From an uncultured delta proteobacterium (GTDB lineage Bacteria; Myxococcota_A; Polyangia; Polyangiales; Polyangiaceae): a stretch of DNA of 64,000 nt. The notes below the pieces were generated by a model. That model had not been told where the DNA came from. It did not search any database and worked only from the letters and a program-made list of their open reading frames with translations. Below, one piece after another: positions 51,214-62,135 of this stretch (position 1 is its first letter; each line of letters opens with the position of its first letter). The position numbers were made by a program, and so were the translations under genes. The stretch lies in assembly GCA_963716725.1 (NCBI GenBank), contig CAVQUB010000015.1, positions 128,001 through 192,000 on the forward strand, given 5' to 3'.

Positions 51214-52350
51214 TTACCCCGTTCGCACCAGATCTGCGCCACGGCACTCGTAGCGCCGGAGGATCACGTTCCCCCTCATCCAACTCGCGACCAGCAGCGA
51301 GGTCCCGGTCCACGCTGCTCGAGAGCCCGGGACTCCGAAGGCCGCGGGCAACACCGCGCCGAGATTGCCCAGGGCATCGCCGAGATTCATTTCGAAGGGC
51401 GGTGACCCCGGCGCCGAGAGCCGGGGGCGTCCGAGCACGCACTCGAGCTTGGGGCTCGTGAGATCCACGTTGCGTTCGCGGTCGCCGAGGCCACCGATGC
51501 GCATGCCGCGTCGACCTTCCGCGCACTCGAGCACGAACAGCGCGTCCGAGCCGACGCGCAGCGAGCCGAGCGGATCGCAGCCGGGAGCGGGCTTCGAGAG
51601 GCCCACGTAGAGCGGGTCCGGCTGCCGCATGAAAGCAGTGACCTCGCTACGGCTCGAAGCGCGCGAACAGTAGGCGTAGTGCGAACGTTCGCCGACCAGC
51701 TCGAATCCGGCGAGCGGCGACGGGCAGGGGCTCGGGACGCTGGCGGGCAGGCCGCGCAGCTCTGGCCCGGTGGAGAGCAGTTCGCGGAAGCGAAAGGTGG
51801 CGCACTGCTTCTCGTCGTCGCAGGGCTCGTCCATTCCGCGTGTGAGTGCCACCATCCGGTGCTTGTCGCTGACCGCGAAGGCGACGTGTCCGCGCCGAGT
51901 TGGATCACCGACGCTGACCTCGGATAGGGCAAAGGCCTCGGAGAACGACCTCGTCTCGGCGTCGCCGATCACGCCGAAGGTCGCGGCCCCCGAAGCCGAG
52001 CGGCTGAGCCAGGCGAGGCCGACGCGACCGCCCAGGCTGGCGCCGGCGATCTCGATGATTGGGTTGCCCGGGGACAGCTTCACCTCGATCGGAGCGCCCC
52101 CGGCGCGGCCGGATCCATCGAGCAGCTCCAGTTCGAGCCCGCCCCTCGGGCGGCCCCAGGCCAAGAGCGCGCCGTCCTGAATCGCCAACAGATCGAACGC
52201 CACCTCGCCCTCGACGGCTCGCTCGGGCAGCGGCGCCGAGGGCGTCGGGCCGGGCCGCGCGCTGCTGGAAGGTGCCGGCGTCGGCGAAGCTCGCCGTTGG
52301 TCGCAGGAGAGCGCCAGCGCCAGCACGAGCCCGATCAGTGATCGTCCCAC
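51214..52350 (-). CDS. Hypothetical lipoprotein
   Basis: ALSC lipobox; Cys pairs. Confidence 0.7.
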   Translation of the reverse strand: MGRSLIGLVLALALSCDQRRASPTPAPSSSARPGPTPSAPLPERAVEGEVAFDLLAIQDGALLAWGRPRGGLELELLDGSGRAGGAPIEVKLSPGNPIIEIAGASLGGRVGLAWLSRSASGAATFGVIGDAETRSFSEAFALSEVSVGDPTRRGHVAFAVSDKHRMVALTRGMDEPCDDEKQCATFRFRELLSTGPELRGLPASVPSPCPSPLAGFELVGERSHYAYCSRASSRSEVTAFMRQPDPLYVGLSKPAPGCDPLGSLRVGSDALFVLECAEGRRGMRIGGLGDRERNVDLTSPKLECVLGRPRLSAPGSPPFEMNLGDALGNLGAVLPAAFGVPGSRAAWTGTSLLVASWMRGNVILRRYECRGADLVRTG

Positions 52351-53042
52351 AGTCGGATCCCGCCTCGAAGCCCCTGCACGTTCTCGAAGCGCACCACGTT
52401 GTCAGGCAGCGTGAGCTCGAGCTTCTTCAGATTGCCGCCGCCCAGGTACAGCGTGTCGAAGTTGAAGATGGGCGCGAGCTGGTCGAGCATTCGACCGACC
52501 CGCTTGCTCCAGCGCTGCCGCCCGATCCGGTCGAGTTCCTTCTCGCGGACCCGCTCCTCGTAGGTCAGCCCCTTTTCAAAGGGGTGGTGGCCGAGTTCGA
52601 GATTTGGAACCAGGTGTCCGTTCACGAAGAGCGCAGCCCCGAGGCCGGTGCCAAGTGTGAGCACCATCTCGACGCCTTCGCCGCGCACCACGCCGTAGCC
52701 CTGCAAATCAGCGTCGTTGATGACCCGCGCCGGGCAGCCCGCGAGCTCGGAGATTTCGGCCTCGAAGGCCTGTCCCGCCCACAGCGCGGTGTCGAGGTTC
52801 GGGGCCGTCTTCACGACCCCCTGCCGCACGACGCCCGGGAAGCCAACGCTGACGCGATGGAAGGGGCGATGCGCTTGAAACATCCGGCCGAGCACCTCGA
52901 GCACCGTCACGGGCAAGGCAGGCCTCGGCGTCAGCTCGCGCGTGCGCTCGGTCACCGGATGGCCGTCCGCGTCGAGGACCAGCATCTTGATGCCCGTTCC
53001 TCCGATGTCGACCGAGAGCGTGCGAGGAGAAGGTTCGTTCAT
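52335..53042 (-). CDS. ROK family kinase (polyphosphate glucokinase-like)
   Basis: DIGGTGIK, GFPG, NDAD, TLGTGLG, NLELGH. Confidence 0.88.
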   Translation of the reverse strand: MNEPSPRTLSVDIGGTGIKMLVLDADGHPVTERTRELTPRPALPVTVLEVLGRMFQAHRPFHRVSVGFPGVVRQGVVKTAPNLDTALWAGQAFEAEISELAGCPARVINDADLQGYGVVRGEGVEMVLTLGTGLGAALFVNGHLVPNLELGHHPFEKGLTYEERVREKELDRIGRQRWSKRVGRMLDQLAPIFNFDTLYLGGGNLKKLELTLPDNVVRFENVQGLRGGIRLWDDH

Positions 53043-53258
53043 CTGCGAGAGCGCTCCGGAGTGGTTCGTGGACGGCGAGAGTAGACGCTTTTGCCCGCCG
53101 CTGCCGCTGCATCCAACCCAAGCCCTGGCCGCAGGCCGCGTCGCGTGGTTCTGGTAGCAGCGAATCGCCGCCGCGATCGGCGCGGGCGGCAGGCGAGTCG
53201 GCTCGGGATCGGGCCACCGGTTGCAGCCAGCCATCTAGATCGCTAGCGTCCTTCGCCC

Positions 53259-54895
53259 GTGAAGCGTCCGATCTGGCTCGCCTTGTCCTGCGCCCTGGTC
53301 GCGTGCGCCGAAGCGGCCCCGCCCCCGGAGCCAGCAGCCATCGCTGCCGCGAGCGCAGCCGTCCAGGTGGCGACCGCCGAGCCCACCCCCGCCGCGGCTT
53401 GTCGAGCCCGCATTGCCCAAGCCGAGAGGCTGGCGGCCGAGCCCGGGGCGCCAGGCCTCGAGGCGAAGCGCGGGGAAATCCTCGGTCGCGCCAAGGCAGA
53501 GCCCGTGCTCTTTCGCCGCGCGCCGACGCCCTTGCAGGACGTGACCGGCGAGGTCCGGAGCCTCCGCTCCCAGCTGGCCAGCAGCCCATCACCGGGCTGG
53601 GCGCTGCACGGAGTGTTCAAGACGGTGAGGAATCGTCCGGACGTGGCCCGCGCGCTGCTGCTATCCGAGGGCTACCTGTACTCCGAGGTCCCCAGCCTGG
53701 CCGCCAGCTTCGTCGACGTCATCGAGTTGCATCACCTCTTCCGTGAGCCCGAGGTCACGCTGCAGCGAGGCGGCCAGATCTGCTGCACGCGAGGAAGGGC
53801 AAGAGCTTCTGGTACGAGTACGTCGATGGGCCCGAACGGGGGCAGCGCGCGCGGCTGCTCTTGCTCGACCGGGTCTGGGCCAGCGGCGGCGATCCCGGAG
53901 CCCCGCTGCATCTGGATCTGCGCCGTGTCGTCGCCGAGACCGGCATCGAGCGAGTGCGGGTCCGTCGGATCACCGCAGAGCACGTGGTGATCGACGCCCG
54001 ACACGGCAACCACTGGGTCCCGACCTTGCTCTCGGTCAAGGAGGGCGCCCGGCTCGCCCTCGAGTGCCAGGCCGATCCCGAAGCGCACCAAGCCGAAGTG
54101 AATCAGGCGCGCGGCCTGGCGGTCCGGCGGCTGCGCGCCTTCGACGGCGTGCGTGCGGCCATCGTGGACATGGTCAGCGAGGCGCTGCCCTTCGATGAGC
54201 CGCGCACCGAAGAAGGGCAACAAGACGGCAACCTGCGACCCGCCTGGCGCTGGGCGTACACGCACGGCTGGGATTCGTACACGTTCAACGACGACAGCTA
54301 CATGGTCTTCGACCTCCAGGGGCGCCCGAAGGTCCCGCAGGTGTGCATCGACTTCATCACCGACGCCCTCGAACGCGCCAGCGGGACCTGGTGGGCGGCG
54401 CGCAGCGCGGAGCGCCAGCGCCTGCGTGGTCACGTCGACTTCGACGAGATCGGCATCGAAAACCGTCGCAGCGTCGAGGTCTTCCTGCGCTTCGCGAAGG
54501 ATCGGCCAGAGCTGTTCGACGTGTCGCCGCTCAGCGAGGTCGAGCGCATCAGATTCTTGGACCGAGGCGCATTCTTCACGCACATCGGGGAGCATGCCGA
54601 TCGCTACCTTGCCGGTGACGTCATCGCTATCCACGGGCCGCGCAGCGACGGCGAGAACCACTGGCACTCGTTCTTCGTCTACGACACCGATCCCATCACT
54701 GGGCTGCCGACGCTGCTCGCCAGCAACGCCGGCCGCCCGCGGATCCGCACCTGGGAGGGGGAGATGCGGGCGGCCCCACTGCGCAGCATTCACACCCGTG
54801 TCCGACCCAGGCTCGAGTGGCTGGAGTCGGTGATCCGCGTCGATGCGGCCTCCGCCACCCGGGAGCCCGCACCGCTGATCTCGGCGCCGATCTGA
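53259..54895 (+). CDS. Lipoprotein with putative NlpC/P60-like Cys-His domain, frameshifted near 53780
   Basis: LVAC lipobox; QVCIDF; GDVI..H..F; frames join at GGQI/LHARKG. Confidence 0.7.
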
Positions 54896-54897
54896 TC

Positions 54898-57600
54898 ATG
54901 GCTCGGGTCCAGATCTCCGCCGCAGTGCTCGCGATGATGGTCGCCTGCGCGGCCCCTCCGGCGTCGCGGGTGCGATCGTCGCCGCCAGTGGAGGTCGCGG
55001 AGCCGGCCTGGGTGCCTCCGCCCCGCGACGACGGCCGCCTGCCCCCGGGCGCTCGACCCACGCGCTATCACCTCGAACTCACCATCGATCCCCGCGAGAA
55101 GAGCTACGCCGGCCGCGTGCGCATTGGCGTCGAGATCGAAGCGCCGACGCGGGTGCTGGTGCTGCACGCCAAGGGCCCGCAGATACTGACCGCGGCGGTC
55201 AGCTCGCGCGCGGCGAAGCACTGGGCAAAGGCCAGCATGCGGCTCGCGGCGCACGGCAAGGTCGAGCCCGAGGAGCTGGTGCTCGAGCTCGCCCAAGAGC
55301 TGCCCGCTGGTCCGGCGGAGATCGATCTCCAGTACGAAGCTGCCTTCGGTCCGAACCTCTCGGGGCTGTACCGGGTCGAGGAGGGAGGGCGAGCCTACGC
55401 CTTCACCCAGTTCGAGCCGAACGACGCGCGCCGAGCCTTCCCTTGCTTCGACGAGCCGGGCCACAAGGTGCCGTTTCGAGTCTCCATCACCGTCCCCGAG
55501 GGCATGTTGGCGGTGGCAAACACGCCGGAGCTCCGCCGACGCGAGACGCCGTCGAGCGGGCTCGTCAGCTACGAGTTTGCGCCCTCGGAGCCGCTGCCAA
55601 CGTATCTGGTGGCGTTCGCTGTCGGCGCCTTCGAGATCCGACACGGCGCGCGCGATCCCGTTCCGATCCGGCTGATCACGCTGCCCGGAAAGAGCCACCT
55701 GGGCCAGCTCGCCCTCGACGCAGCACGGGACGAGCTGGCGATCTTGGCGGACTACTTCGGTTCGCCCTATCCCTACGCCAAGCTCGACCTGGTGGCGGTG
55801 CCGGAGTTTGGTGCGGGCGCCATGGAGAACGCGGGGCTGGTCACCTTCCGCGAAGAGCGGGTGCTGCACGACGCGGCGGCGGTCTCCCTCGAGGCGCGCC
55901 GTGGGCTCTGGGGCATCATGGCTCACGAACTGGCGCACCAGTGGTTCGGCAACTTGGTGACCATGAAGTGGTGGGACGATCTCTGGCTCAACGAAGGCTT
56001 CGCGACCTGGATGGGAGCGAAGGTGGTCCAGACTGCCAAGCCGGGCTTCCTCGTCGATCTCGAGCGGGTGAGTGACAAGCAATGGGCGATGGGCATGGAC
56101 ATGCTTGCGAGCGCGCGTCGCATCCGGCAACCGGTGCGCGGGTCGAGCGAGGCCCTCGAGGCCTTCGACGGCATCACCTACGTCAAGGGCGCGGGCACGC
56201 TGTCGATGATCGAGAGCTGGGTGGGAGAGAGTGACTTCCAGCGTGGGGTTCGGGCCTATCTCGGGCAGCATCGCTTCGGCAACGCCGAGGCGAGGGACCT
56301 GTTCGCTGCTCTGGGCCGCTCGAGCGGAAAGGACGTCGCAGCGGTGATGTCCAGCTTCGTCGATCAGACCGGAGTTCCCCTCGTCGACCTGAAGTCCAGC
56401 TGCGCAAAGGACCGCCTCAGGATCACGCTCGCGCAGCGCGAGTATCGTCCGCTGGGGCGCGCGGCGGCCACGGCGACCAAGACCTGGCGCATCCCGGTGT
56501 GTCTCCGGCTCGAACAGGTCGACAAGGACGAGCGCGCCTGCACGCTGCTCGACCAGGCGACGGCAGAGCTCGACCTTGCCGTGAAACGCTGCCCCACGGC
56601 GGTGCACCCAAACGCCGACGAACGCGGGTACTACCGCTACTCGATGCCGGCCACGGAGCTGACCGCGCTGGCTTCGCGCCCGCGGCTCACGCTGCGCGAG
56701 AAGGTTGGGCTGCTCGGCAACGCCTGGGCGCTGGTTCGCAGTGGCGATCTCGAGCTCGACGCCTACTTCGAGATGCTGCCGCCGCTGCTCGCGGGGCAGA
56801 GCCCCGTCCCCTGGGATCAGGTGACGGAGTCGCTGCGCGAGCTCGAGCGCGCGCTGGTCTCCGACTCGACTCGAGGCGCATTCGAAGCCCGGGTCCGAGC
56901 CCTCGCGGGCAAGGACGGCAAACGTCTGGGTTTTCGCACGCGAAGCGGGGAGTCCGAAGGCGTGAAGCTGGAGCGGGCGCTGGTGCTGACGCTGCTCGGC
57001 GATCTGGGTGCCGATCCGGGGGTGCTCGCCGAGGCTGGCAGGGTCGCGACCGCGTGGCTCGACGATCCCAAGGCCGCGGACGTGGACCTGGCTCGGATCG
57101 CGGTGCCGCTGGCTGCTCGACGCGGAGACGAGAAGCTGTTCCTGCGGCTCCTCGAGCGCATGAAGCGAGCGGCCACCCCCGAAGCACGCATGTTGGCGCT
57201 GGCCGGGCTCGCGGCCTTCGATGACCTCCGCCTGGTCGAGCGCCTGCTCGGTCACGCTCTCGACGGCACCATCAAGGGCTCCGATCTGCGCTACGTCTTC
57301 CCGCCCTTGTTTCAGCGGTCGCATACGGCCAAACCGACCTACCTGTGGCTCACGCGCCACTTCGACGAGCTCGCGAAGAAGCTGCCCAGCTTCGCGATTG
57401 GGCGCTTTCCCTGGGTTGCCGCCGCGCTCTGTGACGAGGTGGCGGCCCGGGAGGCCGAGGCGTTCTTCGCGCCCCGCCTGCGCCTGATCGAGGGCGCCGA
57501 TAAGCACTTAGCCCAGGCGACCGAGGCGGGTAAGCTCTGTGCCGCGCTTCGCGCCGGCAAGGCGAAGGCGTTTTCGGATCTCTTCGGAGGCAAACGGTGA
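54898..57600 (+). CDS. M1 family aminopeptidase with ERAP1-like C-terminus (lipoprotein)
   Basis: TQFE..DARRAFPCFDEP, GAMEN, HELAHQW..NEGFA, YVKG. Confidence 0.95.
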   Translation: MARVQISAAVLAMMVACAAPPASRVRSSPPVEVAEPAWVPPPRDDGRLPPGARPTRYHLELTIDPREKSYAGRVRIGVEIEAPTRVLVLHAKGPQILTAAVSSRAAKHWAKASMRLAAHGKVEPEELVLELAQELPAGPAEIDLQYEAAFGPNLSGLYRVEEGGRAYAFTQFEPNDARRAFPCFDEPGHKVPFRVSITVPEGMLAVANTPELRRRETPSSGLVSYEFAPSEPLPTYLVAFAVGAFEIRHGARDPVPIRLITLPGKSHLGQLALDAARDELAILADYFGSPYPYAKLDLVAVPEFGAGAMENAGLVTFREERVLHDAAAVSLEARRGLWGIMAHELAHQWFGNLVTMKWWDDLWLNEGFATWMGAKVVQTAKPGFLVDLERVSDKQWAMGMDMLASARRIRQPVRGSSEALEAFDGITYVKGAGTLSMIESWVGESDFQRGVRAYLGQHRFGNAEARDLFAALGRSSGKDVAAVMSSFVDQTGVPLVDLKSSCAKDRLRITLAQREYRPLGRAAATATKTWRIPVCLRLEQVDKDERACTLLDQATAELDLAVKRCPTAVHPNADERGYYRYSMPATELTALASRPRLTLREKVGLLGNAWALVRSGDLELDAYFEMLPPLLAGQSPVPWDQVTESLRELERALVSDSTRGAFEARVRALAGKDGKRLGFRTRSGESEGVKLERALVLTLLGDLGADPGVLAEAGRVATAWLDDPKAADVDLARIAVPLAARRGDEKLFLRLLERMKRAATPEARMLALAGLAAFDDLRLVERLLGHALDGTIKGSDLRYVFPPLFQRSHTAKPTYLWLTRHFDELAKKLPSFAIGRFPWVAAALCDEVAAREAEAFFAPRLRLIEGADKHLAQATEAGKLCAALRAGKAKAFSDLFGGKR

Positions 57601-58910
57601 GCAAAGAGCGCATCAAATTCCCGGTTCGGATCGGCCTCTTGGGCTGCGGCACGGTCGGGGGTGGGGTGATCCGGCTGATTCAGGACAACCAGGAGTACCT
57701 GACCTCGCGGGTCGGCGCGCCGCTGGAGATCCGTCGCGTGCTGGTCCGCGACGCGGAGAAGGATCGCGTGCCCGAGTGTCGGCGCGAGTGGATCACGACC
57801 GACGTGGACGAGGTGCTGAGCAAGGACATCGACGTCTTGGTCGAGGTGATGGGCGGAGAGGAGCCGGCCAAGAGCCTGATCGAGCGCGCCATCCGCGAGG
57901 GCAAGGGCGTCGTCACCGCCAACAAGCTGCTGCTCTCGAAGCACGGGCCGGGCTTGGTCCGCATGGCCAGCGATCACGGTGTCGATCTCGCCTTCGAGGC
58001 CTCGGTGGGCGGCGGGATCCCCATCATCCGTACCTTGCGCGAAGCGCTCACCAGCGACTGGGTCGAGAGCGTGCACGGTATCTTGAACGGAACCTGCAAC
58101 TACATCTTGACCCGGATGCGCGACGGCAAGGTCGCCTTCGATGTGGCCCTGGCCGAGGCCCAGGCGAAGGGCTACGCCGAGGCCGATCCGACCCTGGACG
58201 TGGACGGCCACGACGCTGCGCAGAAGCTGTGCGTGATCAGCATGCTGGCCTTCGGCGCCAACGTGCACGAAGTCGACGTGCCAGTGGAGGGGATCCGCCG
58301 GATCGATCAGCTGGACTTCCGCTTCGCCGAGCGCTTCGGCTACACCATCAAGCACCTGGTCATCGGCCGCGATCTGGGCGAGCGCATCGCGCTCCGGGTG
58401 CATCCCGCGTTGATCGGAAAGACGAGCGTGCTCGCCAACATCGACGGGGTGCTCAACGGAGTCCTGATCGTGGGTCGAGGGCTCGGCCCCTGTCTCTTGG
58501 TTGGCCGCGGGGCTGGCGACATGCCCACTGCGGTGAGCGTGGTGGCGGACATCGTCGACGTTGCGCGCTCGAAGATCGGCGGGGAGCCGGGGCTGTCGAC
58601 CCGAGGCATTCAGACCGCCGATCGACCGCTCGCGCCCATCACGGAGGTCGAGTCGCGCTTCTACTTGCGCTTCGACGTCGAGGACCGTCCCGGCGTACTC
58701 GGCAAGATCGCCAGCGGCCTCGGCGATGCGGGGGTCAGCATCGAGCAGATGGTGCAAGAAGGCCGCGCCGCCGAAGTCAGCGACGCGGTCCCGGTGCTGA
58801 TCATCACGCATTCCTGCCGCGAAGGGGCGGTGCGCGACGCGCTCGACGCAATCGCTCGCGAGGGTTTCATGCGGGGGCAGCCTCGCCTCTTGCGCATCGA
58901 GGACGTCTGA
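57597..58910 (+). CDS. hom: Homoserine dehydrogenase with ACT domain
   Basis: GCGTVGGG, TANK, EASVGGGIP, NGTCNYIL, GYAEADP, DRPGVL. Confidence 0.96.
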   Translation: MSKERIKFPVRIGLLGCGTVGGGVIRLIQDNQEYLTSRVGAPLEIRRVLVRDAEKDRVPECRREWITTDVDEVLSKDIDVLVEVMGGEEPAKSLIERAIREGKGVVTANKLLLSKHGPGLVRMASDHGVDLAFEASVGGGIPIIRTLREALTSDWVESVHGILNGTCNYILTRMRDGKVAFDVALAEAQAKGYAEADPTLDVDGHDAAQKLCVISMLAFGANVHEVDVPVEGIRRIDQLDFRFAERFGYTIKHLVIGRDLGERIALRVHPALIGKTSVLANIDGVLNGVLIVGRGLGPCLLVGRGAGDMPTAVSVVADIVDVARSKIGGEPGLSTRGIQTADRPLAPITEVESRFYLRFDVEDRPGVLGKIASGLGDAGVSIEQMVQEGRAAEVSDAVPVLIITHSCREGAVRDALDAIAREGFMRGQPRLLRIEDV

Positions 58911-58911
58911 A

Positions 58912-59742
58912 GTGAGCGCGGCTCCCCTCGGCGTGTTCGATTCGGGGCTGGGCGGCCTGACCGTGGTGCACGCCATCGCGGAGGCTCTGCCCGGCGAGCC
59001 CGTGGTGTACCTCGGAGACACCGCGCGTGTTCCTTACGGCACACGTTCTCCGGAGACCGTCGTGCGCTACGCCCGCGGCTGCGCCAGCGTGCTCACGCGG
59101 CGCGGAGTGAAGGCCCTGGTCATCGCCTGCAACACCGTGAGCGCCGTGGCCCTGGAGATCTTGCGTGCTGAGCTCGATCTGCCGGTGATCGGCGTCGTGG
59201 AGCCCGGCGCGCGCGCGGCGGTGGCTGCCGTCGAGGCCGAGGCGGCGCGACGCGGCCATCCGGTGAAGATCGGCGTCTTGGGGACCCAAGGCACCATCGC
59301 GAGCGGGGCGTACCCGCGGGCGGTGAGCCAGATCTCCACGCGCATCGAGGTGATCGGTCGGGCGGCGCCCTTGCTGGTGCCCTTGGTCGAGGAAGGCTGG
59401 ATCGACGGGCAGGTCCCCGAGCTGGCCGTGCGTCGCTATCTCGAGCCGCTGCTGGCGGAAGGCGCGGGGGTGCTGGTGCTCGGCTGCACTCACTACCCGC
59501 TCTTGGCGCCCATCATCGCGCGGGTGGCGGCCGAGCTCGCCGGGCACCCAGTGCCCATTGTCGACAGCGCGGTCGCCACGGCTGGCGAGGTTGCCCGTTT
59601 GATTGACGAGGGTCGCATCGAGGCGGGCTCGGCGGCGCCCCGGCTCGAGGTGCTGGTCACGGATCGGCCTCGGTCATTTGCCGAGGTGGCCAGCCGGTTT
59701 CTGGGCGAGCGGGCGCCGGAGATCACGCAGATCGATCTCTGA
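58912..59742 (+). CDS. murI: Glutamate racemase
   Basis: FDSGLGGLTV, PYG, ACNT, LGCTHY. Confidence 0.96.
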   Translation: MSAAPLGVFDSGLGGLTVVHAIAEALPGEPVVYLGDTARVPYGTRSPETVVRYARGCASVLTRRGVKALVIACNTVSAVALEILRAELDLPVIGVVEPGARAAVAAVEAEAARRGHPVKIGVLGTQGTIASGAYPRAVSQISTRIEVIGRAAPLLVPLVEEGWIDGQVPELAVRRYLEPLLAEGAGVLVLGCTHYPLLAPIIARVAAELAGHPVPIVDSAVATAGEVARLIDEGRIEAGSAAPRLEVLVTDRPRSFAEVASRFLGERAPEITQIDL

Positions 59743-59752
59743 GCGGCCGCGC

Positions 59753-60698
59753 TCACTCCGAGCCGATGGGTTGACCGGGCTCGGTGCCGCACAGGTAGAG
59801 CACCGCCATGCGCACCGCGACGCCCGCCTCGACTTGGCTGGTGATCACACTGCGATCGCCGTCCGCCACGTCGTCGTTGATCTCGACGCCGCGGTTCATG
59901 GGGCCCGGGTGCATGACGATGGCGTTGGGGTTGGCAAGCGCGAGGCGCTCGCGGTTCAGGCCGAAGGTGCGCGCGTACTCGCGCAGCGTTGGCAAGAGCG
60001 CGGCGCCGAGGCGCTCTTGCTGGATGCGCAGCATCATCACCACGTCAGCGCCCTCGAGCGCGGGCTCGATTCGAGTGAATGTCTCGTGCTCCGAGCGCCC
60101 TCGCGTCGTGAGGCAAGAGGGTCAGCGGGCCCGCGAAGCGCACCGTGGCGCCGAGCAGCGACAGGAGCAGGGCGTTGGAGCGCGCGACGCGGCTGTGCTG
60201 GATGTCACCGCAGATGGCGACGGTGAGCCCCGCCAGGCGGCCCAGGTGCTTCTGCATGGTGAAGGCGTCGAGCAGCGCCTGGGTCGGGTGCTCGTGCATG
60301 CCGTCGCCGCCGTTGACGATGGCGGCCCGCGTACGGTTCTTGATGTAGTCCGCCGAACCGGACGCCGCGTGCCGGACCACGATCACGTCGGCGTGCATGG
60401 CGTCGAGGGTGGCGACCGTGTCCCGCAACGTCTCGCCCTTGCTGGTGCTCGACGCGCTGCCGCCGATGTTGACGACGTCGGCGCCGAGGCGCTTTCCGGC
60501 GAGCTCGAACGAGGTGCGGGTGCGCGTCGACGCCTCGAAGAATGCGTTGATGATGGTCTTGCCGCGCAGCGTTGGCACCTTGCGTACGGGCCGACGCGTG
60601 ACCTCGAGGAAGGCCTCGGCGGTGTCCAGGATGCGCAGCGCCAGAACGCGGTCGAGGTCGCGAACGCTGGTCAAGTGGCGTAGGCGCGTGTCGGTCAT
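59753..60698 (-). CDS. pyrB: Aspartate carbamoyltransferase catalytic subunit, frameshifted near 60086
   Basis: [31 protein letters not shown]. Confidence 0.95.
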
Positions 60699-61243
60699 GG
60701 CGATGGGGCCGTGGGGGGTGAGCCGACTGGGCGCAGTACGACGACGATCCCGTCAGGCCGCTCGAGCACGTCGATTCGATCGAGGGGGCCCACCTCGGTC
60801 GACAGCACCACGTAGTCCGGTTGGATGGGCAACTCGCGCCCTCCGCGGTCCACCAGCGCCGCCAACTCGATGCGCTCCGGGCGCCCGTAGTCCATGAGCG
60901 CGTCGATGGCGGCGCGGATGGTGCGTCCGGTGAAGACCACGTCGTCGACCAGCACCACTCGTTTGCCCTGGAGGGAGCAGGGGATTTGGCTTGGACCGAT
61001 GCGCGGGTTGGGAAGCGCCGTGGCTGAGTCGTCGCGATAGAGAGTGATGTCGACGCTGCCTACGGGTACGTCACGGGACTCCAACTCGTGGATCCAACGC
61101 CCGATCTCCCGAGCTAGAGGCTCGCCTCCACGTCGCACGCCAATCAGCACCAGGCCTTCGGCGCCCCGCTGCCGCTCGACGATCTGACCCGCGACGCGGC
61201 GCAGGCCGCGCGAGACGCCCTCGGAGTCGATCAGCTCGCGCAT
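60695..61243 (-). CDS. pyrR: PyrR bifunctional regulator/uracil phosphoribosyltransferase
   Basis: [31 protein letters not shown]. Confidence 0.95.
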   Translation of the reverse strand: MRELIDSEGVSRGLRRVAGQIVERQRGAEGLVLIGVRRGGEPLAREIGRWIHELESRDVPVGSVDITLYRDDSATALPNPRIGPSQIPCSLQGKRVVLVDDVVFTGRTIRAAIDALMDYGRPERIELAALVDRGGRELPIQPDYVVLSTEVGPLDRIDVLERPDGIVVVLRPVGSPPTAPSP

Positions 61244-61334
61244 GCGGCTCGGCGATGTAACACGGCGCGGCGCGGTGGGAAACCCGTTCCGGCGCCGCCG
61301 GCGCCGCCCGCTCCCGAGGAGCGGCCACCGGCGC

Positions 61335-61847
61335 TCACTCGCGCGTCGGGGCGGAGCGCAGTCGAGCCAGCGCGGCTCGGAGCACGGCCGCGTCGGCGCG
61401 GTCTCGGTCGCGCGTGCCCCCTTTGGTCAGCAGCAATCCCTCCAAGCCAAGGACGGGGATCGTGCAGCCGTCGATCGTCTTGGTCTCGATGAACGGAGCG
61501 AGTTCAGCCCACGAATGACCGCAGGCCGCGGGCATCACGTCCACCGTGAACTCGTCGTTGATCCGTACCGCGTAGGGACCGGACTCCTCGAACAGTTCGG
61601 GGTTGTCGGCCAGCTCGCGCGCCGCCTGGTCGGGCAGCTCCGAAAGTGCAGCGATCCATCGCGTAGTGTTTTCCGGCGAGGGATCGACCAAGACGTCGAC
61701 GTCCTCCGAGAAGCGAACGAAGCCGTGGGACGCGATGGCATAGCCCCCGATGAGCGCCCACGACACCCCGTGTTTCGCGAACAATTCTGCCAGGTGGACC
61801 ACGTCGCTCCAAGTGGCGGGGCGCGTGTACCCTGGGTCGGTCGACAT
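61335..61847 (-). CDS. Minimal nucleotidyltransferase (DUF6036-like)
   Basis: LIGGYA...HG..R.SEDVD, VDV, LL.K...R..D.AD. Confidence 0.8.
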   Translation of the reverse strand: MSTDPGYTRPATWSDVVHLAELFAKHGVSWALIGGYAIASHGFVRFSEDVDVLVDPSPENTTRWIAALSELPDQAARELADNPELFEESGPYAVRINDEFTVDVMPAACGHSWAELAPFIETKTIDGCTIPVLGLEGLLLTKGGTRDRDRADAAVLRAALARLRSAPTRE

Positions 61848-61851
61848 GCGA

Positions 61852-62079
61852 TCAGCGCCCCGCTGCGACGATGGCGTCGACCGTCCAGCGCTCGCGGTCG
61901 GCGTTGGCCTCGTCGTGGCTTCGATAGAGGAAGACGCCTTTGGGCGCCCGCGTCGTGTAGCGAGCCATCTGCGCCAGGGCCTCGCGCGACGCGCGGGGCG
62001 GCACTTGCCCAATCGGTGACGCCTTCCGACTGCCGACGACGCGCAGAAAAGTCTCGCCCGTCAGTGGGTCTCGAACCAT
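61852..62079 (-). CDS. Small protein upstream of the nucleotidyltransferase
   Basis: PKGVF.YRSH.EAN motif; 4-bp gap to the NTase. Confidence 0.6.
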   Translation of the reverse strand: MVRDPLTGETFLRVVGSRKASPIGQVPPRASREALAQMARYTTRAPKGVFLYRSHDEANADRERWTVDAIVAAGR

Positions 62080-62135
62080 TCGGTAGAGCCTATCACGTCA
62101 CGCGGCTGGTGGGCCGGCGAGCCGGCAACCCTCAC

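Noticed and set aside
59753..60698. Programmed frameshift or true pseudogene in pyrB, ino1 and others
   Set aside because: No slippery heptamers or additional decay; sequencing error is more parsimonious
61244..61334. PyrR-binding attenuator
   Set aside because: No PyrR binding-loop consensus or U-tract terminator visible
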